A DNA stretch of 64,000 bases from an uncultured Bacilli bacterium (lineage in GTDB: Bacteria; Bacillota_I; Bacilli_A; RF39; UBA660). Numbering within the stretch: position 1 is the first letter of the stretch; each line of letters begins with the position of its first letter. The translations under genes were made by a program, and so were the position numbers. The notes beneath the pieces are model-generated. The model ran no database searches, was not told the origin of the DNA, and saw nothing but the letters and a program-made list of their open reading frames with translations. Below are positions 1 through 10,218 of this stretch, in pieces. The stretch lies in the NCBI GenBank assembly GCA_934098565.1, contig CAKOON010000005.1:32066-96065 (forward strand). Reading direction: 5' to 3'.

Positions 1-679
1 AAACACAAATTACAAATAGTGCTAATGAAAAATACATTAAAAAATTCTTATTTTCTTTTTTAAAAAAATTATATACAATCGGATAAATAATTAATGTATT
101 TACTCCGTATAAATTTCCGTTTTGAAATGTACTAATTATCTTAGTACCTATTCCAGAACTATTATTATTATTCTTTTGCAAATACCACTTTGAACCGTAA
201 GTAATATAATCGCTTAAATTAACTGTTAACCCAGGAATACAAATTTTTTCTATTCCAAAAATATATTGCAATAATGCATAAATACTCGTAAAAAAGAACC
301 CAAAGCAGATTACTTTTATTATTTTTTCTAATTTTTCTTTTGTATCTATAATATCATACGCAATTATAAATATTAATGGATATACTACTAGCGGAATTAT
401 ATACCCAATATTATTCGTAAAATTTCCGATGAGCATAAATTTAATAAAAGAATATATCATTAGAGCAAAAATCACATAACTGATTTTATTAATTATTATC
501 CGTCCATTCACGGCTTTTTTTAAAATCCAAAATAAAAAAGTTATTGCGAAAAAAACATTTCCTACTGTTAATGGTATACCAGCTAATTTAACACCTGCTT
601 TTGGAAACCAAATATTAAAAAATACAGTAATTAACAATAAATTAAATAAAAATCCATTCTTTACCTTATTTTTTTTCAT
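1..679 (-). CDS. Polytopic membrane protein, candidate Wzy/EpsG-like polysaccharide polymerase; its 3' end runs off the window
   Basis: It is absent from the ORF track because there is no stop inside the window. I checked the frame by hand: ATG at 679-677 is followed by 225 sense codons with no stop down to base 2. The translation MKKNKVKNGFLFNLLLITVFFNIWFPKAGVKLAGIPLTVGNVFFAITFLFWILKK... is a run of hydrophobic helices. Its start overlaps the stop of the upstream glycosyltransferase by 14 nt, and it sits in a polysaccharide gene context. Confidence 0.55.
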   Translation of the reverse strand, partial: MKKNKVKNGFLFNLLLITVFFNIWFPKAGVKLAGIPLTVGNVFFAITFLFWILKKAVNGRIIINKISYVIFALMIYSFIKFMLIGNFTNNIGYIIPLVVYPLIFIIAYDIIDTKEKLEKIIKVICFGFFFTSIYALLQYIFGIEKICIPGLTVNLSDYITYGSKWYLQKNNNNSSGIGTKIISTFQNGNLYGVNTLIIYPIVYNFFKKENKNFLMYFSLALFVICV

Positions 680-1814
680 TATTTTTCACATTTCTTTCAT
701 TTAAATTTAAATATTTTTGTTCGAATTGTTTAGTCTCTTCATTAATATCATAATTTGTTATTTCGTTCTTAAACTTTACATTTTTTCTGTCACTTCTCTT
801 TAAAAGTTTTATTATTCCTTTTAACCATATTTCCGAAGAATTATTCAAATTCATAAAGGTTATTCTATCGGTTATTTTTGCAATTTTAGGTACTTCATCA
901 CTAACTACACAAGGAAGCCCAGCAACTTGAGCTTCTACAACAACCATTCCTAATCCCTCGTACAGAGAAGGAAACAAAAATAAATCCATAGCATTATAAT
1001 ATTCGTTAACGGTATCTTTTTGCCCTAAAAACATCACACAATCGTCTAAATCTAAACTATTAACTTTTTCTTTCATTGTCCCCATTAACGGACCTTGCCC
1101 TATTAACATCAGAACGGAGTTATTATTATTTTTATGATATTCATTAAATATATCAATCAATTGTGTATGATTTTTTTGAGTAACGAATCTCCCGATATGG
1201 CCGATAACTACTGTATTATCTGATATTTTTAATTCTTTTCGTAATTTTTTTCGAATCTTTTCATCATATTTAAATTTATCTAAATCAATGGCATTGTTTA
1301 ATATATAAACTTTCCCAGTATCAAACGCTTTGTCTCCAAACATCCAGCGGCCAGCATGTTCTGTACAAGCCATATAACCAGTAGCAACCATCTTAATAAA
1401 AGGCCTTAATGTAACTTTTATAATATTCTTTTTCCATTCTTTTTTATTAGTTGTACTATGACTATGGGCTATTCTAACTGGTACGCCAGCACATTTTGCG
1501 GCAAACAAACTAAATACTGATAAAGTATTAATATGAGAATGAACTATTTTATAATTACCATCCTTTAATACTTTTTTCAGTTCTTTATGGTATTTAAATA
1601 CCTTTTGATAAGGTGGTATTAATATTACTTTTCCTCCTAACTCTTCTATTTCTTTATATGGAATATTAGTAGAGTCATTATCACAAATAAAATCAAATTG
1701 AATTTTAGTTCTATCGATATGGTGATAATAGTTCATAACTACAGCTTCTACTCCACCACCAAGCCATTTACCTATTATTTGTGCTATTCTTATAGGTTCT
1801 TCATTATTTTCCAT
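666..1814 (-). CDS. Glycosyltransferase, GT4 (GT-B fold) family
   Basis: 382 aa. The C-terminal FLFPSLYEGLGMVVVEAQVAGLPCVVSD matches the E-x7-E GT4 signature. It sits in a polysaccharide locus. Confidence 0.85.
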   Translation of the reverse strand: MENNEEPIRIAQIIGKWLGGGVEAVVMNYYHHIDRTKIQFDFICDNDSTNIPYKEIEELGGKVILIPPYQKVFKYHKELKKVLKDGNYKIVHSHINTLSVFSLFAAKCAGVPVRIAHSHSTTNKKEWKKNIIKVTLRPFIKMVATGYMACTEHAGRWMFGDKAFDTGKVYILNNAIDLDKFKYDEKIRKKLRKELKISDNTVVIGHIGRFVTQKNHTQLIDIFNEYHKNNNNSVLMLIGQGPLMGTMKEKVNSLDLDDCVMFLGQKDTVNEYYNAMDLFLFPSLYEGLGMVVVEAQVAGLPCVVSDEVPKIAKITDRITFMNLNNSSEIWLKGIIKLLKRSDRKNVKFKNEITNYDINEETKQFEQKYLNLNERNVKNNEKK

Positions 1815-2011
1815 ACATCTACTTCCTTTACTTAAAAATATAAAATTAACAATAAACTTAATAAAGCTTTTAATATTATACTAATTATTTAGATAAATTC
1901 AAAGCAAAAAATAAATAATTAGTTAAAAATATAAACATTTCTTATAGCTATTAATATATTACCACATATACTAAGTAGTTGCTATAAGAAATGCTTTATA
2001 AAAATTTCAAC

Positions 2012-2698
2012 TTACGCAATCCAATATTTATTAGGTGCTTTTGACTTTATTTCCAAATATTTAATAATTATTTTCCCAGCTTTTATAATTAAATCATAAT
2101 CTTTCTTATTCAGATAATCCATATTTGAATGCATGATATTATTTAAAAGTGGAAGAATATCTATAATCAAATCACAAATCTCTGTTTCTAGTATATTATC
2201 ATTTTTTAATACATCTACCATTCTTCTAATCGTAAGATTTCTGGTATTGATATTATTAATTCTACATATTAGTCTTAATTTTTTTTCCATTTCATATTTA
2301 ATCAACACCAATTTTTGCACTGGATCATCAATATTTTCAATAGTAACTAAACTTTCAATAATGAATGGATTTTTTTTGCTACCTATTGGTTTAGTTTTAT
2401 CAATTTCAACGTCATTGGCAACAATTTTTTTCTTATCTAACTTTGTTTCTTTTATATCCTTAACTTTGGCATCTATTTCTTTTTTCTGTTCCTCATTAAT
2501 TAATTCAGCTTTGACGCCAAACCCCTCAAAACTTTTAATATATTTTGACAGCCAAGGAGTATATGCTATTATAAGTAATACGATAACTCTAGAATTTATT
2601 CTTTCTTGAAACCAATTACTAAAAATCATTAATAATGCAAGAATAACAAAACTTAATGAAATTATATATCGAGATATATTCCAACTATTCTTTGGCAT
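2012..2698 (-). CDS. Two-TM membrane protein with a DUF4145-like C-terminal helical domain
   Basis: The ORF track gives 2012..2740. The ATG at 2698 (MPKNSWNIS...) overlaps the upstream stop by 14 nt and avoids a long overlap; 2710 and 2740 remain possible starts. It has two hydrophobic helices (ISLSFVILALLMIF, VIVLLIIAYTPWL). The C-terminus IRRMVDVLKNDNILETEICDLIIDILPLLNNIMHS parallels the DUF4145 half of the upstream protein. Confidence 0.5.
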   Translation of the reverse strand: MPKNSWNISRYIISLSFVILALLMIFSNWFQERINSRVIVLLIIAYTPWLSKYIKSFEGFGVKAELINEEQKKEIDAKVKDIKETKLDKKKIVANDVEIDKTKPIGSKKNPFIIESLVTIENIDDPVQKLVLIKYEMEKKLRLICRINNINTRNLTIRRMVDVLKNDNILETEICDLIIDILPLLNNIMHSNMDYLNKKDYDLIIKAGKIIIKYLEIKSKAPNKYWIA

Positions 2699-3284
2699 AA
2701 GTATCACCATTATATATTTCTGACTGATATGGCATTTCATATATTACCGATATTATCATTCCAATAAATCTAATTAACTGTTCTGCTTCTTGCTTATTGA
2801 GTACCGTAATTTTATGATTTGCTTCATTGCCTTTACTTCTTATTGCATCCACCCAAACCTTACATTTTGCTGGTATATAATTATTATCATTTAAATAATC
2901 TACATATTCTACAAACTTTAATCCTTCTTTAGAACCGCAATCAACAGCGATATGCATAAGTAATTTTCGACAGCACATACCAACTGATGTATAAGCATTT
3001 ATTGACATACATTTTCTAGCTTCTTCGTATAAACTAAAAACGTTTTCATCTTTAAATATTGACTTATCAAAATTTTTACCAAAGGCAACACCTGGCGTTT
3101 GCTCAAAATAGTCAAAATAAGTTGGCTTTTTACACTTATGGCATATATAAATATATTCTGGTCCTTGGAGTCCACTTGCCGAATCATACATCATATATCC
3201 ATCATTTGAAGCTATATCACTTCCACAATAGCCACATATATAATTTTTTGTTTTTAGTGTTGCCAAATCAACCCATTTTTTCAT
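2685..3284 (-). CDS. Zinc-ribbon plus DUF4145 domain protein
   Basis: 199 aa. The N-terminal CGYCGSD...CHKCKKP is a CxxC...CxxC ribbon. The C-terminal ARKCMSINAYTSVGMCCRKLLMHIAV...WVDAIRSKGNEANH matches the DUF4145 pattern (R..GN.A.H). Confidence 0.65.
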   Translation of the reverse strand: MKKWVDLATLKTKNYICGYCGSDIASNDGYMMYDSASGLQGPEYIYICHKCKKPTYFDYFEQTPGVAFGKNFDKSIFKDENVFSLYEEARKCMSINAYTSVGMCCRKLLMHIAVDCGSKEGLKFVEYVDYLNDNNYIPAKCKVWVDAIRSKGNEANHKITVLNKQEAEQLIRFIGMIISVIYEMPYQSEIYNGDTYAKE

Positions 3285-3532
3285 TTAATAACCTCCTAAT
3301 TAAAATGTAATATTTTATTTTCACCCAAACGATGTTTTATTCTTAATTTTAAACATCTATCCACAAGTTAGAAACCTCGTCAAACCTTTACAAAGGCTAT
3401 TATAAGCTTTAATAATACGATAGTCAAAGAAAATATTGCACTTTTCCATAAAAAGGATATACCCAAGATACTATTTCTATGGTACAATTATTGTGCTTTA
3501 AGTTTATTAGTTGTAGTTTGGGGAGTGTTAAT

Positions 3533-4201
3533 ATGAATAGTGAAGTAACATTAGAAGAGACACAATCTTTGCATATCAAGAAGTATATTTATCTAGGAGT
3601 TAAAAGATTATTTGATATAGTATTATCCTTAATAGGGTGTATATTCTTATTACCGATAGCGCTTATTGTTAAAATATCTTATATCTTAAATAAGGATTAT
3701 GAATCAATCTTCTTTAGTCAAGATAGAATCGGTAAGAATGGAAAAACATTTAAATTCTATAAATTTAGAAGTATGGTAGTAGATGCTGATAAAGTATTAG
3801 AAGAATTATTAAAAAACGATAAAGAAGCTAAAAAGGAGTATAAGTTAAACAAAAAGTTAAAGAATGACCCTAGAATTACTAAGATGGGTAAAATTTTAAG
3901 AAAAACTTCTTTAGATGAATTACCTCAACTTATAAATGTATTAAAAGGAGATATGTCTTTAATAGGTAATAGACCATATTTACCTAGAGAAAAAGAAGAT
4001 ATGGGTATTTATTACGATACTATTCTTAAGACTAAACCAGGATTAACTGGATATTGGCAAGTCAATGGTAGAAGTAATACTACTTTTGAAGAAAGATTAA
4101 AATTAGAAGAATATTATTCTAATCATGCTAGTCTTAAGATGGATATTAAAATATTATTTAAAACTGTATATGTAGTCTTATTTCATAAAGGTGCAGAATA
4201 G
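3533..4201 (+). CDS. Priming polyprenyl-phosphate sugar phosphotransferase (bacterial sugar transferase family, WbaP/EpsL-like)
   Basis: DELPQLINVLKGDMSLIGNRPYLPRE and KPGLTGYWQVNGRS are canonical motifs of this family. The track start 3479 is unlikely: the ATG at 3533 (MNSEV) has a GGGGAG Shine-Dalgarno about 8 nt upstream. Confidence 0.85.
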   Translation: MNSEVTLEETQSLHIKKYIYLGVKRLFDIVLSLIGCIFLLPIALIVKISYILNKDYESIFFSQDRIGKNGKTFKFYKFRSMVVDADKVLEELLKNDKEAKKEYKLNKKLKNDPRITKMGKILRKTSLDELPQLINVLKGDMSLIGNRPYLPREKEDMGIYYDTILKTKPGLTGYWQVNGRSNTTFEERLKLEEYYSNHASLKMDIKILFKTVYVVLFHKGAE

Positions 4202-4242
4202 AAAATAGCGTAAAGTTAATTGAACTTTACGCTATTTTCTGC
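4201..4242. terminator. Perfect 17-bp hairpin between convergent genes
   Basis: GAAAATAGCGTAAAGTT (4201-4217), loop AATTG, AACTTTACGCTATTTTC (4223-4239). The U-tract lies only inside the stem. Confidence 0.6.
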
Positions 4243-4365
4243 TTAAATATTATATCAGATTTTTTTCGCTGATAAATTTTGCCACGTTTTATTTCTAATA
4301 AATAATTTAAAATAAGTTCTGAATGCTCCTATCTTCATATAATAATTAGCAGGATGTTATTCAAG

Positions 4366-5652
4366 CTACTCTTCTTTACCTAAAATATTTGAATGATTTT
4401 TTATGCAATTAATTATTCTTTTTGCTAAAATAGTAACCATTAGATTATTTTTATTATCAACTTTAAAATTATAATTCATTAATTTTTCTCTTAATCCATC
4501 AATCAATAAATACAAATTATCATCTTCATCCATAAATTTGAGTATTTCTTTGTCGGTTTCTAATATTTCCAAGAAACTCATGGCTAATGCATACCTTTTT
4601 TCCACATTGTCAGTTGAATATATTTTTTCAAAATATTCTAGATAAAGAAAATAATTTTTAAATTTTCCATAATCAAAATTATTTAAGTCGCGAAAGTTTG
4701 AAAAATAATGTACACGTTTAAAATCATCAATCATATCTCGATTCTGATAAACTCGGCTAACATGTTGCAATTCTTTTATAGTTGATTCCTTATATTTACT
4801 ACTTGAATAATGTTTACTATACGCACTAACAAATCCATCCATTGAATAAATTAACATCAATCTACCAGTTTCTTTATAAAATTCGTTTAGTAATTCGCAA
4901 CGCCCTCCTTTTTTTTCGCCATCACAGTAATTAAACCAATCCTCTTTTACATCGTCCGTAATAAAAATTATATCTTTTTTTGTCTCCTTTGATTTATTTA
5001 TCATAGAATAAAATATATAGTAGTCCCCATTTTCATCTTTCTTTTTATCCTTACCTGCATATCCAGGCGGAATTTGGTTATTAATTCTTCTAATGCCTTC
5101 CTCCCTAATTTTTCTGTATTCTTCATCACTAAAGGCACTGCCATACGAATTATTAAATAATTCCAAAATTTTTTCGTCAATAATATTATTTTTCTGGGGA
5201 TTATTAATACCTTCTTTCTTTGACTTCTTCTCATCTTGTAAAATTTTAACGACGCTTGACTTTGATTTTTCTAAAATTTTTTCTACTTTTTCTTTACAAT
5301 TCAAATTATCTGATTTTTTTTGATGAATTTCATTCAAGCAATCTTCAATATTCTTGCTTATTTTATTAATAAGTTTATCATAATCAGTAGCATTTTCGGT
5401 AACAACCGTATACCTATTTTTTAAATATTCTTTAGTAACCCAATAAGGCATCCAAAGCCTTTTCGATATGCTTGATAGCGTAGAAAAAATATCGTTTCTT
5501 GTATTTACTGAATATCTATAAAAATTCAGAAGAATATTCGTATCTAAAACTATTATAGCATCTTTCCATATCCTATTATATTCTTCTTCTGAATAATTAA
5601 AATACCCCTTGAACTCTTCTTCTAAGGTCATCTTTTTTTTATCACTGCTCAT
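4366..5652 (-). CDS. Stand-alone PIN-like domain protein (PIN_8-type) with a long helical C-terminal region
   Basis: 428 aa. The N-terminal IIVLDTNILLNFYRYS...RLWMPYWVTKEYLKNR and the later IIFITDDVKEDWF match the acidic-residue layout of PIN-like nucleases, recalled from memory of the family. Confidence 0.6.
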   Translation of the reverse strand: MSSDKKKMTLEEEFKGYFNYSEEEYNRIWKDAIIVLDTNILLNFYRYSVNTRNDIFSTLSSISKRLWMPYWVTKEYLKNRYTVVTENATDYDKLINKISKNIEDCLNEIHQKKSDNLNCKEKVEKILEKSKSSVVKILQDEKKSKKEGINNPQKNNIIDEKILELFNNSYGSAFSDEEYRKIREEGIRRINNQIPPGYAGKDKKKDENGDYYIFYSMINKSKETKKDIIFITDDVKEDWFNYCDGEKKGGRCELLNEFYKETGRLMLIYSMDGFVSAYSKHYSSSKYKESTIKELQHVSRVYQNRDMIDDFKRVHYFSNFRDLNNFDYGKFKNYFLYLEYFEKIYSTDNVEKRYALAMSFLEILETDKEILKFMDEDDNLYLLIDGLREKLMNYNFKVDNKNNLMVTILAKRIINCIKNHSNILGKEE

Positions 5653-5991
5653 TTTTATACCTCACATTATTTTTTAATTTTCATTACTATTAAAAATTCT
5701 TTCTTCAATTATATATGCTCACTTTTCACGTACTGAATAAGTTATTACCTTTAATTATTTTGCATATGACAAAACAATCAGTACATCAAGCCTGATTTTA
5801 TTATAATTAATAATAGCCTGATACTAATTTAAAATAAATTTATCAACAATAAAACTCATATGCATATATTCTATCATATATCTACAAACTTTGGTTAACA
5901 ATTTAGTATCAATATAGCCTTCAAAAAAGATTAAACTGGCTTCTACCGAAAAAGATAAATCTTTATACTCAAATGTTTTGTCAATAAAAGA

Positions 5992-6573
5992 CTAATCTTG
6001 TTTTAAGACTAGTCTTCTCTTTACTCTTGGGCGTTCTTGCTTAATAATCTCATCATAGGTCGTATCTTTTTCTAAATAACAGGTTTCTCCACTTAAAGAA
6101 TAATTACCATCTTTAATATAAAAAGCCGGAATAATTGTATACTGATGATAAGAAGTATTATCATAAAGATTATAACCATCGAAATAAGGATTTACTTGAT
6201 AAGCTAGGGTTATTCCTAAGTAGGCATAAAGTGCTATATACTCGTTATAGCCATTTAAATAAGTATATTTACGGTCAATTTCCCCATCATTATCAATAAT
6301 GGCTTCAGTTCTTATAAATTGGAGACCTACTGGATTTGATTGCTTTAAAAAACTTTCAAGACTAATGAAATCTTGCTCTAAAGCTTCTAGACTATCATAC
6401 TCTCTTTTACTATCTTGGCAAACAACTTGATAGCTGGTACTTTCTATTGACTCTAAAAGATGCCAAAATTGGTCTATATATTCTAAGGAAATAAGGCCAT
6501 CTTTGTTATCAATATCTTTTTTTATATATAAATTACTTCTCATCTGGAATAATCCCCCAAACATAATATCCAC
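5992..6573 (-). CDS. Hypothetical protein
   Basis: The ORF is 193 aa from a GTG start. The ATG at 6543 (MRSNLYIKK) has GGGGGA about 10 nt upstream and is the more likely start. I recognised no motif. Confidence 0.5.
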   Translation of the reverse strand: MDIMFGGLFQMRSNLYIKKDIDNKDGLISLEYIDQFWHLLESIESTSYQVVCQDSKREYDSLEALEQDFISLESFLKQSNPVGLQFIRTEAIIDNDGEIDRKYTYLNGYNEYIALYAYLGITLAYQVNPYFDGYNLYDNTSYHQYTIIPAFYIKDGNYSLSGETCYLEKDTTYDEIIKQERPRVKRRLVLKQD

Positions 6574-6710
6574 TATACTATAATTTAGGAAATATTACAA
6601 TCATAACAAGGAAGATTTTTGCTTAAAAACGACAAGTTTTATAAGCAATTATAAAAAATTCTCCATGACTAAAAGTTCTACCTAAAAACAAAAAAGAACT
6701 ATTAAAGTTC

Positions 6711-7073
6711 TTAAAGTTTAGTACCATAGTTATTATTAATGTCAACACTAGGACTACATTCTTGGATTAAAACAAGGATCCAGCCAACAACAGGAATTAA
6801 AGACATTAACAAGTACCAACCCGACTTATTAACATCATGCATTCTTCTAACGCTTTGAGCTAAAACAGGAATAAAAGTTAATAGATAATAAATAAGCATT
6901 ATATAATCAAAAATATGATAACCAGTAACTTTTATTACGAAACCACTAATAAAGCTAATGATAGCACCAATAAGAATATTAATAACTACTGTCAACCAAT
7001 AGTCTTTTCTAGTTGTTCTATCCTTAAAATTAAAATAGTTAGTCCACATTTTTATATAAGATTCCATATACAC
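6711..7073 (-). CDS. DUF805 family inner-membrane protein
   Basis: It has FKDRTTRKDYWL at the N-terminus, three hydrophobic helices and the hallmark RRMHDVNKSGWYLL. Confidence 0.8.
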   Translation of the reverse strand: MYMESYIKMWTNYFNFKDRTTRKDYWLTVVINILIGAIISFISGFVIKVTGYHIFDYIMLIYYLLTFIPVLAQSVRRMHDVNKSGWYLLMSLIPVVGWILVLIQECSPSVDINNNYGTKL

Positions 7074-7142
7074 ACTACCTTTCTACTATAATTATATAAT
7101 AACTTTTAGAAAAGCAAAAGAAAAATATTACTCAAAGTAATA

Positions 7143-8036
7143 TTAATTCCATAAGTCGTTAGGATACTCACCCTTATCTACTAAATCCTTTAAAGCTTTA
7201 CGAACTAAGGCGGCATCTTCTTTATAAGTTACCCCATACCAAATACTAGAAGTATTTAAGACTTTAACAGTAATATCTTTTTTAGCTAAATGATCGGTAA
7301 TAACATCAGGTATTAAAAATTCACCTTCTAATAAGTTATCTTCATGTTTCTTAAAATATTCTAAAATATCTTTATCTAGAATATCAAAAATATCTTTAGT
7401 AAATAAGAACATATTCATAGAGACAAGGGTATCATCAGTTACGTTAAAGGATGGTTTGCCATCTAAAGGACTAGCAGTGATTACACCATTAGTTTCTTCA
7501 ACTTTAGATTCAATTAAGTTCGTTAGATAATCACTCTTAGAAGAACAAACACCTCTCTTAACAGAACCATTTGAAGTTAAAGTGTTTTTTACTTGGTAGC
7601 CAACCATCCCAAAATTATGGTTAGTAGCACCATTTTTCAAAAAACTTGCGGCTTTTAAATAGGCATCAGAGCCATAAAAGTCATCGGCATTAATGATAGC
7701 AAAGTTTCCTTTAACAACATCTTTACAGCAATAAATTGCATGAGCGGTTCCCCAAGGTTTAATTCTTTCATTATCTAAGTAAGCTTTGGGAATGTTATCC
7801 ATATCTTGATATACATATGTAACAGCAATTTTACCTTCTACTCTCTTACCAATAGTTTCTTTAAAAATCTCAGCATTTTCTCTTTTAATAATGAAAACAA
7901 CTTTATCGAAACCGGCTTTGATAGCGTCATAAATCGAATAGTCGATGATAAATTCGCCATTAGGTCCCATTGGTTCAATTTGTTTTAAACCGCCGAATCT
8001 TGAACCCATTCCGGCAGCCATTATTACTAATTCCAT
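7143..8036 (-). CDS. Sugar-phosphate nucleotidyltransferase
   Basis: MELVIMAAGMGSRFGGLKQ is the G-x-G-(S/T)-R nucleotidyltransferase loop, and INADDFYG is also present. 297 aa. Confidence 0.75.
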   Translation of the reverse strand: MELVIMAAGMGSRFGGLKQIEPMGPNGEFIIDYSIYDAIKAGFDKVVFIIKRENAEIFKETIGKRVEGKIAVTYVYQDMDNIPKAYLDNERIKPWGTAHAIYCCKDVVKGNFAIINADDFYGSDAYLKAASFLKNGATNHNFGMVGYQVKNTLTSNGSVKRGVCSSKSDYLTNLIESKVEETNGVITASPLDGKPSFNVTDDTLVSMNMFLFTKDIFDILDKDILEYFKKHEDNLLEGEFLIPDVITDHLAKKDITVKVLNTSSIWYGVTYKEDAALVRKALKDLVDKGEYPNDLWN

Positions 8037-8037
8037 A

Positions 8038-10179
8038 TTAATCTACCTTTCTTATCCCCTTAAAATTCTTCATAATCTTTTTAATTCCGAACCTGCTACT
8101 AAAAGCCACAGTATAAAAAGTATTATCCATTGCAACAATTGTTCCTCGACCAAACAAGGAGTGCATTATATGACTACCAACCTGGAAGAAGTTATCAACT
8201 GAATCGTTATAGAAAACACTTTTATCCTTAGAAGTACCATAACCGCTAGCGGTAAAGCTAGTTGCCGGTTTAATTACTTTAATGTCTAAAAGTTGGGGGT
8301 CAATTTCTCTAATAAATCTTGAAGCTGGATTTATCTGTTCACGACCATAGAGAATACGTCTTTTGGCATTAGTTAAGAATAACCGCTTACGAGCTCTTGT
8401 TATTCCCACGTAGCAAAGACGGCGTTCCTCCTCGATTTCACTTTCACTTTCAAAAGCGTTTTGATGAGGGAAAATACCTTCTTCTAAACCGCAAAGAAAG
8501 ACACAATCAAATTCTAAACCTTTAGCACTATGAATAGTCATTAAGGTTACAGCATCTTTTTCTTCTTTATGTTCTGACATATCAGCAACTAAGGATATTT
8601 CTTCTAAAAAATCATTTAAATTAACAGAACCAGTTCGTTCTTCAAAGGAAGCAGTTACTGATTTAAATTCCTCTAAGTTTTCAATTCTTAAATCATTTTC
8701 TAAGGACTTCTCAGCAGTAAGACTAGCTCGCATACCACTGTGGTCAATAACGTAGTCAATCAATTCGGTTAAAGACAAGCTATCCATGGCCCTTACCATA
8801 TCAAGTATCAATTCTTTAAATGCTAGTTCCTTGCCCTTAGTAAGGGCATTAAACATACTAGTATTATTCTCTTTAGCTAGGAGGCTCAAGTTTTCAACGG
8901 CTTTTTCTCCAATACCTCTTTTAGGTTCATTAATAACTCTTCTAAGGGCGATATCATCATTTTGATTACAGATAAGTTTTAAATAACTTAACAAATCCTT
9001 AATTTCTTTTCTTTGATAGAAGTAATATGCTCCTACGACATTATAAGGAATATTTTCTTTTAAAAATACTTCTTCTAAAAGTCTTGACTGACCATTAGTA
9101 CGATATAAAATCCCAATATCTTTATAGTCAAAGCCTTCGTTATAAAGTTTTTTAATTTCATCAATAATAGTAGTGGCTTCAGCTCGACCATTTTCAGCAG
9201 TTATATACTGAGTCTTAACGCCATCACCGATAGTGCCTTTTAAATTTAATTCTTTTCTTTCTTTGTTGTTTCTAATTACACAGTTAGCACATTCTAAAAT
9301 ATTATTGGTGCTACGATAATTAGCTTCTAAAGTAACAACTAAACAGTTTTTATAATCCTTTTCAAAATTTAAAATATTACGGAAGTTAGCATTACGGAAA
9401 CCATAAATTGACTGGTTAGCATCACCAACGACAAAAAGATTTTGATATTTTTTAGCTAATAACTTATTAAACTGATACTGAACTTCATTGGTATCCTGGT
9501 ACTCATCAACTAATATATATTTAAATTTTTCTTGATAATGTTCTAAGACGTCTTGGTGTTCTTGAAATAACTTTACCGGTAAGACTAATAAGTCATCAAA
9601 ATCAACAGAATTATTTTTATGAATTAACTCTTGATAAGTTTCATAAATAGCTAAAGTCTCTTTTTCCATTTCGGTATTAAAGAGATTTGCAATTTCTCTA
9701 GAGCTTAAGTTTTCATTTTTAATAAAGCTAATCCGATTACGAACATAAGATGGCGCTAAAGTCTTAGGGTCAATTCCCTTCTCTTTCATAATTCTTTTAA
9801 TTAGACTTAAAACATCATCACTATCAAGAATAGTAAAATTAGAAGAAAGATTACAAAGAGTGCAATTTTCTCTTAGAATTCTTACTCCTAAGGAATGAAA
9901 GGTGCCAACAAAAGCAACGTTATCGGGAACCAAACTATTTATACGTTCTTTCATTTCTTTAGCGGCTTTATTAGTAAAAGTAATAGCCAAAATATTATAA
10001 GAAGGAATGCCATTATCAATAAGATAAGCTATTCTTGTTGTAAGAACTCTGGTTTTTCCGGAACCGGCACCAGCTAAGACAAGGCATGGCCCTTCTAGAT
10101 GAGTAACGGCTTTGTATTGTTGTTCATTTAAATTTTGTAAATAATCCACAGTATCACTCTTTTCAATGTCATGTATCAA
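8038..10179 (-). CDS. pcrA: ATP-dependent DNA helicase PcrA/UvrD (SF1)
   Basis: LNEQQYKAV, Walker A AGAGSGKTRVLT, ILVDEYQDTN, TIHSAKGLEFD and VGITRAR are present. The start is TTG at 10179 or GTG at 10149; this is uncertain. Confidence 0.9.
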   Translation of the reverse strand: MIHDIEKSDTVDYLQNLNEQQYKAVTHLEGPCLVLAGAGSGKTRVLTTRIAYLIDNGIPSYNILAITFTNKAAKEMKERINSLVPDNVAFVGTFHSLGVRILRENCTLCNLSSNFTILDSDDVLSLIKRIMKEKGIDPKTLAPSYVRNRISFIKNENLSSREIANLFNTEMEKETLAIYETYQELIHKNNSVDFDDLLVLPVKLFQEHQDVLEHYQEKFKYILVDEYQDTNEVQYQFNKLLAKKYQNLFVVGDANQSIYGFRNANFRNILNFEKDYKNCLVVTLEANYRSTNNILECANCVIRNNKERKELNLKGTIGDGVKTQYITAENGRAEATTIIDEIKKLYNEGFDYKDIGILYRTNGQSRLLEEVFLKENIPYNVVGAYYFYQRKEIKDLLSYLKLICNQNDDIALRRVINEPKRGIGEKAVENLSLLAKENNTSMFNALTKGKELAFKELILDMVRAMDSLSLTELIDYVIDHSGMRASLTAEKSLENDLRIENLEEFKSVTASFEERTGSVNLNDFLEEISLVADMSEHKEEKDAVTLMTIHSAKGLEFDCVFLCGLEEGIFPHQNAFESESEIEEERRLCYVGITRARKRLFLTNAKRRILYGREQINPASRFIREIDPQLLDIKVIKPATSFTASGYGTSKDKSVFYNDSVDNFFQVGSHIMHSLFGRGTIVAMDNTFYTVAFSSRFGIKKIMKNFKGIRKVD

Positions 10180-10218
10180 TTATATCAAAGGTTCTTAGGA
10201 AAGGAAAGAAAAAGCGAC

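Noticed and set aside
2133-2609. A 158-aa plus-strand ORF inside the 2-TM DUF4145-like gene.
   Set aside because: It is an antisense shadow ORF with low-complexity I/L/F/S content typical of AT-rich DNA. The minus-strand gene has coherent TM and domain structure.
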